Under the pieces are notes generated by a model. That model did not search any database. It was not told where the DNA came from and saw nothing but the letters and a program-made list of their open reading frames with translations. 64,000 nucleotides of DNA. It comes from Octopus vulgaris (taxonomy: Eukaryota). This document shows, one piece after another, positions 56,278 through 64,000 of the stretch. A program made the translations under genes and the position numbers. Every line of letters starts with the position of its first letter. Within the stretch, counting starts at the first letter, position 1. The DNA lies in assembly GCA_951406725.2 (NCBI GenBank), contig OX597826.1, forward strand, positions 35,092,001 to 35,156,000, written 5' to 3'.

Positions 56278-57717
56278 CATCATTCATCATCATTGTTCGA
56301 CCGTGGTCGAGACAATGGAATTTACTATGTTGCGCCAGACTTCACGGTCCATCATAGCATTACGGAGTTCCTGTTGCTGGATGCCTGTATCCCTGGAGAT
56401 TACATCAGGGTAGGAGAGTGTGCGCCCTCTGGTGTTGCGAGTAGATGGCTTCCAGAGGAGAAGAGTAGAAATTACTTCTTTTTCAGCTCTACAACAATGT
56501 CCAACAAACTGGACTCTCCTACCTTTCACAAGAGATGACATAGGTGGTAATTTCCCATATATTTGCATTTTGGTTGGATGGCGCCTCCACGAGAGATTTT
56601 GAGCTCTCATAAGGAGGCGAGTGTAGGTTCCATCCAACCGCCTCTCAAGCTTCTTTGATAACGTCCAGGTTTCTGAGCCATATAGTAGGATTGGTTCGAC
56701 TGTGGCTTTGAATATTTCAAGTTTGAAGTCTCTACTTAGATTTGATGACCAGATCTTATGCATGTCATTACAGGCTGACCAGGCCATACCCTTTCTAGTT
56801 AGAAAGTCTTTTTCAGATGATGATATGTATGACCCAAGATATTTATAATCAGAAACCATATTTAAAGGCGCACTGTTGAGAGTGTGGATGATGCAGTCAC
56901 TGTTGGACACGCACTTGTTTATGTATTCAGTTTTGGCCTCATTGAGGTAAAGACCTACACAATTTGAGGCTTGTTCAAGAAATTGTAAAAGAGACTGGGC
57001 ATTGGAGAGAGAATCACTGATAAGAGCGATGTCGTCAGCAAAGTCAGTGTCTGTCAAGTACTCAGCTGGGTGTCTGGAACTTCTTCTTGGTTTTATTTCA
57101 AAGCCCTTGCCAGAGATGGTATCAACTGACATACGTAGCACATAATGAACAACAATGATGAAAAGAAATGGGGCGAGTGTGTCTCCCTGCAGTATTCCAG
57201 CTTCGATTGAGAAAGATGATGTTTCTCCATCAGGGGTTAAGATGGTTGAAGACGTATCTGTGTAGAGGACCTTGATGGCAGAAATAATTTTGTCTGGTAT
57301 TCCATAGAGCTTAAGGATCTCAAACATCTTGTACCTATCTACAGAATCGAACGCTTTAGAAAAGTCTACAAATACCATTGCAAGGTCGCGATTAAATGCT
57401 TTTGATTCTTCAATAAGTCTGCGCAGGCATAGTATCTGGCTCAGCGTTGAGCGCCCATGTCTGAATCCATTTTGGTTCTTTCGGAGCAAAGGTTCAACAA
57501 AAAGGACAAGACGATTTAGGATCAGTTTGTTGTACAGTTTTGCAGCAATTGACATTAGAGATATGCCCCTGTAGTTGGTGACGAGGGACAAATCGCCTTT
57601 TTTGGGTATTGGAATGATTTGAGATTGGCGCCAAATCTTTGGAGCGACAAAGGTGGAAAGTGTGTGGTTGCAGAGGTTGAGCAAAAGTGTGTGAAATCTA
57701 TAATCCTTCCAAATCAC
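56278..57717 (-). mobile_element. 5'-truncated RTE-clade LINE with an uninterrupted RT frame and a (TGA)n-like tail
   Basis: IIPIPKKGD..NYRGISL, QNGFR..RST, FVDFSKAFDSV, GILQGDTLAPFLF, DFADD, YKYLGS, LLYGSETW, GHC, RGR. The stop runs directly into TGATGATGAATGATG. Confidence 0.95.
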
Positions 57718-57890
57718 ATACACATAACACGCAAACACACACATACACACACACGCACATATATGTTTGCTGATATATACATTGTATGCGAATATATATA
57801 TATATATATACACAAATGAGCAAACATTTTATACGAATATGTGTATGTATGTGTATATATACATATGTGTATGTGTGTGTGTATATATAT

Positions 57891-57938
<48 letters not shown>

Positions 57939-57995
57939 AAAAAATGAAGTTCGAAAATACTGCTGTATTATACAATTTTTAATTTTTATATATAC

Positions 57996-58039
57996 ATTAT
58001 AACATGTTTCAGTTCCTGAAATGAACCTTATCAAAAAAA
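57996..58039 (-). ncRNA. hammerhead-like motif with U3-A8 core covariation in the PLE terminal region
   Basis: UUGAUAA-GGUUC(auuucag)GAACU-GAAA-caug-UU. Stem III is palindromic; stem I is weak. Confidence 0.5.
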
Positions 58040-58375
58040 GTTATATATAAAAAGAGACAGCTCATGCCGTCAAACACAAGAAATTCATTTATAATACACA
58101 ACGGAGTCAGACATCTTAGAGTTCATGTATAGTTGATATATAGTTCATGTATAGTTGATATATAGTTTGAAGTATATTTCAAAGTGTTCGATGCAGTGGC
58201 CCACGGTGGCGATACGTATTCAATACAAAAAACAGATCAAAGTGGTGGAAAGCGGTCAATACAGAAGATTGATGTTTCCGAAAGAGCGAGGAATTCATTT
58301 TTACCTTAAGCAATTGTGATGACCCATGGTGGAAGTTCGCTGGGTGGTTCTAGTGATTTTTTGTGAAATGCTTGG

Positions 58376-58746
58376 TTTTATAATGCCTGTTAGGTGGTCA
58401 ATCTAGCGTAGCGTGACGTCATCAATGTTTTGACCAATCGTTTCGTTAGGTGGCTTTAATCAAGTGGAACGGGACGTCATCATTATTTTGACCAATCGCT
58501 GCATTATAACTCCCTCTTGTTTGTTTCCTGTCTTGACCAGTCGCTTCGTTAGTCAAGCATAGCGGGATGTCATTCAGATTCTGCCCAATCACGACTTATA
58601 GCTACATTAGATCTGTCCCCTGTCTGTACTTGTTAGGTGACTATTCAAGCAGAAAAGGACGTCATCAGTATTCTGACTAATGACTGTCCCCTGTTTGTAT
58701 CCTGTCCATTCTAGCAGAGCTAGACGTCATCAACTTGTTGACCAAT
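58376..58746 (-). promoter_or_regulatory. putative PLE promoter/enhancer: 5x (GACGTCA-N12-CCAAT) plus TATAAAA
   Basis: Modules start at 58415, 58473, 58566, 58658 and 58723 (plus strand), each with a 12-nt spacer. Minus-strand TATAAAA lies at 58382-58376. Confidence 0.6.
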
Positions 58747-58940
58747 CAGAATCGGGTCTGACCCTTAGCTGTATCGTATGTATCAGGGTCAGATTTGCAC
58801 GAAAGAATTTTTTTCCCTTTTTTTTTTTTTTTTTTTTTTTTTTTCTTTACTAAGGCATATTTCCGTCAGAGTGAGTGTCTGTTTGAAGTAGCGGCCGTGG
58901 TGAAATTTGGTTCTCCTTTTCGGAGGACTTATCTTTTGTT

Positions 58941-61238
58941 TTAGTATTCCTGGCCCAGGGTGTTTAAACTTGGTCTAAATTTTTTTATGAAATATAGTTC
59001 TTTATTTTGGCGTTGTGTGAAGGTTGCGTTGTCACTGAATTTATAGAGCGGGTTAGTTGTAAATTTCGGATTTACATTTCCAGCACATCTATCTATGTGT
59101 CCGCTGACCGGTATTTTGCGGTAATCAGGGTTTCTAATTTGTGATTTATGCACCGCCATCCTGTTACGTAAGCTATTTTTTGTATGGCCTATATACTGCC
59201 TATTGCAGCCTGCGCATGTTATGACGTAAATTAAGTTTTCTGATGCGCAGGTGAAGTTTGTTCTAATGGTGAACTGGTGGCCTTGTTCCAGTATAAATTC
59301 TGATCCTTCTTTCAAGATGACACAGATTCCGCAGTTGGGCCTTCCACATTTTCTAACTGCTGGTTTTGTGGTTGATGTTGAGTGCAGTGTAGCTTGGGTT
59401 AAAATCCTTTTCAAGGATTTTGGTTGCCGTTTACTTTTAATGATGGTGTGTGTTTCGAGGATCCGGTTCATCTTTGGGTCTCCCTTTAGTAGGGCTGTGC
59501 TTTGTAGTATGGTGTTGAAGGCCTCATTGTTGAGTGGGTTGTGTGTAGAGATGTAGGGAAGGGTTTTTAATTGTTCTTTCTTTTTTGGTTTTGTTTGTCT
59601 CAGGTCTTCTATACTTAATTTAAGTACCCGTTGGATTGCACTGTCTATTAGGGGCTGTGGATAGTTTCTATTTGTGAGTGTGGTTCTAAGTTCCTGGAGA
59701 CGTGTGTGTCGGGTGTTTGTGTCTGATATTATGGTGCAAATCCTTCTAGCTAAACAAAAAGGGACATTCATTCTAGTGTGTCGTGGGTGGCATGAATCAA
59801 AGGGTAGGTACTGTTTAGAGTCTGTCGGTTTATAGTAGATATCTGTCTCTATTTTGTTGCCGGTTATCTTAATGAGGATGTCTAAAAATGGTAATTCTTT
59901 TTCGTTGTGGTCCATCGTGAATTGTATATTGTCATTTATTCCATTTAATAGAATTTTAAATTCCTCAAGTTTCTCTATGCCTTTGTCCCAGATGATGAAA
60001 CAGTCATCGAGGTATCTTTTCCAGTTGTTATGGATATAGGTGGCGAAGGTGTTTCCATATTTCTCGAGTGTCATCCGGTATAGTATTTTCTCGAGGTATC
60101 CCATCACTAGGTTGGCAAAAGATGGTGCAGTACGCGTGCCCATCGCTGTTCCCGATCTTTGCCTGTATAAATCATTGTCAAAAATAAAATAATTGTTCTC
60201 TAAAATGAATCTAAGTCCTTCTCTTATAAGGTCTTTGTTTATGCGAGTTGGGAGTTCAAAGGGGTAGTTATTCAGCCAGAAGGTGATTGCTTCTATTCCT
60301 AGGTTGTGAGGGATGTTAGAATAAAGATTAACTACGTCGAATGATACTAGAAGGGTTTTCTCATTGACTGTTTTAGGGAGGTGGTTGAGCATATCTATAT
60401 CGTCTCTTACGTAGCTTTTGATGTGTTTTAGGAAAGGTTTAAGAAGTGTGTCTAAGAAATTGCTGAGGCGGTGAGTTTCACATGCTGGCCCTGCTATTAT
60501 CGGTCTTAGTTTAAGATCATTTGGTGAAGGGATTTTGATGAGTGTGTCGGTGGATGTTTTGCACGTTTCTCTAATGGTTTGGCTTTTGTGTACCTTAGGG
60601 ATACCATAGAACAAACTCGATTTGCATTTGAAGTTAGTGATGTATTCATACTCCTTGTTCGTGAGTCCTTCTTGGTATGTGTTGATTAATGTCCTAAGGT
60701 TATGCATAATTTTTTGCTGGTTATACTGTTGGGCCCTTTCATAATACGTTTCATCTCTTAATAGGGATAGCACTAAATTTTTATAATTGTTTGTATTCAT
60801 TATTACTATCGCGTTGCCCTTATCTGCCTCCTTAATTGTTATTGTTTTGTCTTCTCTTAGTTTGATGAGGTCGTTCCATTCTCTTTTGTTGAAGTTAGGG
60901 CTGTGTTTTTGTTTCTTGATGAATTGAAACGGGAAATTAGTTATGTAGTCACAATAGCGGTCTAAGGCTTTATTCTTACCTTTGGTGGGGGTGTAATTGC
61001 TCTTGTTTCTAGCTATTGAGTCCTCCTCTATTTGTTTGTCTTGAAATGCCTCGGTGAGTCTTAGTTTTCTGCAAAATTCCGAAATATCATCTTTCATTTC
61101 ATAATAATTAGAACGTTGTGGGGTGGGTGTAAATTTAAGTCCTTTGGAGAGTATGCTTATTTCGTTAGGTGTAAGTTCTTTGTTTGAGAGATTGATTATC
61201 TTAATTACCTGAGGTTTCTTTTGTTTGTCCTTTGCCAT
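58941..61238 (-). CDS. PLE polyprotein: reverse transcriptase plus GIY-YIG endonuclease (765 aa from the first ATG; frame open to 61286)
   Basis: NLS..LSKGLKFTPTP, ADKG, YGIPKVHK, LRPIIA, SFDVVNLYSNIP, GTAMGT, RYLDD, FLD, KPTD, CGRPNCGIC linker, LIYVITCAGCNRQYIGHT..R..H..H..E..LN. No stops. Confidence 0.96.
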   Translation of the reverse strand: MAKDKQKKPQVIKIINLSNKELTPNEISILSKGLKFTPTPQRSNYYEMKDDISEFCRKLRLTEAFQDKQIEEDSIARNKSNYTPTKGKNKALDRYCDYITNFPFQFIKKQKHSPNFNKREWNDLIKLREDKTITIKEADKGNAIVIMNTNNYKNLVLSLLRDETYYERAQQYNQQKIMHNLRTLINTYQEGLTNKEYEYITNFKCKSSLFYGIPKVHKSQTIRETCKTSTDTLIKIPSPNDLKLRPIIAGPACETHRLSNFLDTLLKPFLKHIKSYVRDDIDMLNHLPKTVNEKTLLVSFDVVNLYSNIPHNLGIEAITFWLNNYPFELPTRINKDLIREGLRFILENNYFIFDNDLYRQRSGTAMGTRTAPSFANLVMGYLEKILYRMTLEKYGNTFATYIHNNWKRYLDDCFIIWDKGIEKLEEFKILLNGINDNIQFTMDHNEKELPFLDILIKITGNKIETDIYYKPTDSKQYLPFDSCHPRHTRMNVPFCLARRICTIISDTNTRHTRLQELRTTLTNRNYPQPLIDSAIQRVLKLSIEDLRQTKPKKKEQLKTLPYISTHNPLNNEAFNTILQSTALLKGDPKMNRILETHTIIKSKRQPKSLKRILTQATLHSTSTTKPAVRKCGRPNCGICVILKEGSEFILEQGHQFTIRTNFTCASENLIYVITCAGCNRQYIGHTKNSLRNRMAVHKSQIRNPDYRKIPVSGHIDRCAGNVNPKFTTNPLYKFSDNATFTQRQNKELYFIKKFRPSLNTLGQEY

Positions 61239-62605
61239 CGTGTGTCCCTGTTCCTGTGTGTGGGGTCTAAAAAATGGTTGGTGTAGTTATGTTCAAAGCT
61301 ATTATTTATCTGTCTCATGTTGTTATAATTGTCAGAGTGAGTTTGTGGTGCTCTGTTCTGGAGTCTGTTGTTGAACCTAGTGTTACGTCTTAGTTCATCA
61401 GGTGTATTGTGTTGGTAGTTGTTTCCTCCGTAGTGCATTTGTTGTTTGTTATGGTTGTATGGTTGGTTCCTGGGGTGGATGTTTGGTAGTAGCGTTTTGG
61501 TTTGGTTATGTGGGTTGTATTTTATAGTATTGTATGTTGTGGCTCTTAGGTTCGTGGAATGGTGTGGTGGGACCCTATAAGTGTTTTGGGGTTGGTGTAG
61601 GTAGTGTGGGGTGCGTTTTAAATGCATTTTTCTGGTGTAGAGTGTGTTTGGATTTCTTGGTGGTTGTTCTGCTCTGTTGGTATGTCTATTTTCGAACAGG
61701 TGTGGTGGGCCTCTGTAGGTGTTTTGGGGTTGGTGTAGGTAGTGTGGGGTGTGTTTTAGGTGTACTTTTCTGGTGTAGAGTGTGGTAGGATTTCTTGGTG
61801 GTTGTTCCGTTCTATTGGTATTTGGTTTTGATTTGCTTAATTTTATGAAGGGGTTGTTGGATATGTGTTCATTTTTGAAGTTGGTTTCATAATCTAGAAA
61901 CCAGATGGCGCTCTTTTCCCATCGTTGGAGGGACTTAAGTTCCTCTTTTTCACATTCTTCATTCCATAGTGCTGTTAATGTTTCAGTATTGTTGTCGTCT
62001 ATTAGTTTGATGACTTCTTCGTTGATTTCCTCGTCTATGGTTTTTACTTTTTCTTCATTCGTTTTAGCTCTCAGCTTAAGTAGTTCTATTTCCATCTTCA
62101 TTTTTTCTAATGACATTTTTTCTCTAAGTTTTCTTTGTTCTTCTGGTTCTTCCGAGATGGGTTTGATTTGTAATTTACGGGGTATGACTAGGGGTGTTGA
62201 GTCTAGCCATTTTTGGTAAATCTCTGCTTTATTCTGATTTTGTATCATTTTCCAAAAAGCGAATTTTCTGTTTCGCTGTAGTGTTCTCCATTGGGAGAGG
62301 ACTTGGTTCTTTATTTGTAATGTTGAAGTTGCTCGGTTCTTCTCATGTGTTCCTTCTTTTTGTTGCTCTTGTTTCGTAAAGTTTGTGAAGAATGTCGTCA
62401 TTGTATCGCATAGATTTTCAACTTTCTCGAATATTTCGGAGGGTGTTTTATTCGATTCGGTTTCCTCGTTAGTTTGTGTAGAAGGTCGAGGTGTTAAGTT
62501 GAGTTTGTTTAACACTGCTGTTAGGTTTGAATTTATACTTTTCAATTCTTTCAGTATCTCTTCATTTATTGAGGAGATGTCGTTGGTGTCTTTTTTAGCA
62601 GGCAT
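61205..62605 (-). CDS. PLE ORF1, 466 aa: predicted coiled-coil N-half and N/Q/H/P/R-rich C-half; function unknown
   Basis: Long non-microsatellite ORF on the same strand as the RT, with the same A-rich composition, located inside the terminal repeats. AAAATGC start; overlaps ORF2. Confidence 0.8.
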   Translation of the reverse strand: MPAKKDTNDISSINEEILKELKSINSNLTAVLNKLNLTPRPSTQTNEETESNKTPSEIFEKVENLCDTMTTFFTNFTKQEQQKEGTHEKNRATSTLQIKNQVLSQWRTLQRNRKFAFWKMIQNQNKAEIYQKWLDSTPLVIPRKLQIKPISEEPEEQRKLREKMSLEKMKMEIELLKLRAKTNEEKVKTIDEEINEEVIKLIDDNNTETLTALWNEECEKEELKSLQRWEKSAIWFLDYETNFKNEHISNNPFIKLSKSKPNTNRTEQPPRNPTTLYTRKVHLKHTPHYLHQPQNTYRGPPHLFENRHTNRAEQPPRNPNTLYTRKMHLKRTPHYLHQPQNTYRVPPHHSTNLRATTYNTIKYNPHNQTKTLLPNIHPRNQPYNHNKQQMHYGGNNYQHNTPDELRRNTRFNNRLQNRAPQTHSDNYNNMRQINNSFEHNYTNHFLDPTHRNRDTRWQRTNKRNLR

Positions 62606-62744
62606 TTTCGGGAGCTCGTACGTGATATGATATTTATAATAGGATTAGCTCGTATACGAGTAGGTATATATTTGTAAAAAATGAAGTTCGAAAATGCTGC
62701 TGTATTATACAATTTTTAATTTTTATATATATATATATATACAT

Positions 62745-63180
62745 CTTCACCCTAAACCCACACCCCACCCTCACATCCCTACCACCATACACCTTCTCAC
62801 ACTAGCACTAACCACTTTCCAACACCCACTCTATTATCCACATATTAAAGACGCACACGCGCACATCCCTTTCCACACTTACTCTCACATACACACGCGC
62901 ACCTTCATTTTGGGACCACAAGTACTTTATTATTTTCCCTTCTTCCTACCTCTCCTGTCTAATCACCTTTGTCCAACCAGTCGCCTTTATTGACCGCTAA
63001 CTCCAAAAATGTTCACTATTCTCGTTCTGTTTTCTATTCTCCCCCTGTTTTTTTCCTCGGAAGAGCGTAGGCTCGAAATGTAAAAGATTTTCTCACATTC
63101 CCGAGCATCAAACTAATAAACCTGCTAGTTGTTTATACACCTATTTTCGTCTTTTGTTTTTCTGAAAAGTTCAACTATAT
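62745..63180 (+). mobile_element. 3' fragment of another PLE-like repeat (C-rich segment plus pLTR with a decayed hammerhead), back-to-back with the full element
   Basis: GAAGAGCGTAGGCTCGAAATGTAAAAGA at 63060-63087 is homologous to the reverse complement of 34866-35000; ends in (TA)n. Confidence 0.55.
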
Positions 63181-63199
63181 ATATATGCATTTCAAAATG

Positions 63200-63395
63200 T
63201 AACCACGTGTGAATAGTTGGCGATTTTCTTCCCCCGTCTTCCCTTCTTTTGGACTTACCTCTTTTTCTGAAGAAGAGCTTTGCTCGAAACGTTAAATCCT
63301 TTTCTTTCCTTTCCTGAGCGTCTGATAATACATTACTTGTACCACGTCCTCGCGTTGTTGTTTTTTCATGTTTGTTCTTTATTTGGATTCACTAT
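63200..63395 (+). mobile_element. PLE pLTR-like repeat with an intact hammerhead core (63264-63296)
   Basis: UUU-CUGAAGA-a-GAGC(uuu)GCUC-GAAA-cg-UU-AAA; ends at TATATA. Confidence 0.65.
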
Positions 63396-64000
63396 ATATG
63401 AATATATTTATATATGTGTGTGCATGTTTGTGTGTGTGTGTGTGTGTGTGTGTGCTCCCATGTATGTATGTATGACATATATGTAATCCATTCGACGATA
63501 AGTCATACTTTATATATTTTATTTGATATTATGCGATGATATTCGGGTCTTCAGCAACTACATTAATATGACAAAATTGAGTTCACATAAATAACGTACA
63601 AATATTTAAGGTCAAAAGGAAATGATCAATCTCACACTTTGGAGTCTCGTTCTTAGTCTAATAACGGCAAAATTGTTTTAGAATATTCCCTCTTGAAGAG
63701 ATACCTACTGGCGATACGAAAGAACTTCCAACATTGCGATTGATATAGAAGAGCTTGCAAAACGTTGTAGTCTGTGTGCGGGGCAAAATGTTTCAGATGT
63801 TTGTTTCGCCTTTGTTTAAACTCTTTGAGGAACATCGATTTATGGAATAAATGTTTCCCTTGCTGACCATTGTTGCTTTCTCCAGACTATGATATCGTAT
63901 TGATTTAATTTCATTTACAATGTTTAGGTCGGCTAAGGTTGTTGTTCGAGGTAGTTGAAACCACGTTGTGTACACTGGAATCACACCTGAATCAAATATT

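Larger units (their letters stand above)
57928..62744 (-). mobile_element. Penelope-like retroelement (Neptune-like linker), apparently full length, two ORFs
   Basis: ORF1 plus RT/GIY-YIG ORF2, a ~1-kb 3' region and a ~70-bp terminal direct repeat (57928-57997 vs 62665-62744). The 3' end abuts (TA)n. Confidence 0.93.

Noticed and set aside
57718-57813. N-terminal 33 aa of the 507-aa RT ORF
   Set aside because: Derived from TA/TG microsatellite. RTE homology starts near IWKD, so this is a truncated LINE and not a 507-aa gene.
58390-58750. Repeat-spacer appearance suggesting a CRISPR-like array
   Set aside because: The repeats are degenerate with irregular period, there are no cas genes, and the context is a eukaryotic retroelement. 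Transcription-factor modules explain it better.
58757-58793. 9-bp stem hairpin (TCTGACCCT/AGGGTCAGA) as a SECIS element, since some PLEs encode selenoproteins
   Set aside because: There is no AUGA/GA quartet or apical AA motif, and both ORFs lack in-frame TGA and end in TAA.
59251-62630. Plus-strand ORFs antisense to the PLE ORFs
   Set aside because: Short shadows of the A-rich coding strand, with no recognisable motifs.

Overview
AT-rich, microsatellite-saturated animal DNA. The SINE, LINE and microsatellite repertoire resembles a cephalopod (Octopus-like) genome; this is an inference, not a database result. I see no convincing host protein-coding exon, and almost all short ORFs in the track are read-throughs of (TA)n, (CA)n, (TAA)n or (ACC)n. 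The main object is an apparently full-length Penelope-like element (PLE) on the minus strand at about 57930-62740. It has an intact RT plus GIY-YIG ORF, preceded by a separate 466-aa ORF1. The two ORFs overlap in the -1 frame across a U_UUU_UUA slippery heptamer, which suggests a gag-pol-style frameshift. Its 3' region carries five CRE-N12-CCAAT modules, a TATA box and a hammerhead-like motif with a U3-A8 covariation. The window also holds other hammerhead-bearing repeats: a tRNA-headed retrozyme-like element in inverted dimers, a G3-C8 core variant and a CUGAAGA family. Other content: an R4/Dong-like LINE in (TAA)n, an uninterrupted RTE RT fragment, mariner relics and MITEs, two non-autonomous Helitrons, three tRNA-derived SINE families, a degenerate tRNA-Ala and a 2.7-kb tandem duplication. 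Boundaries of degenerate repeats are approximate.
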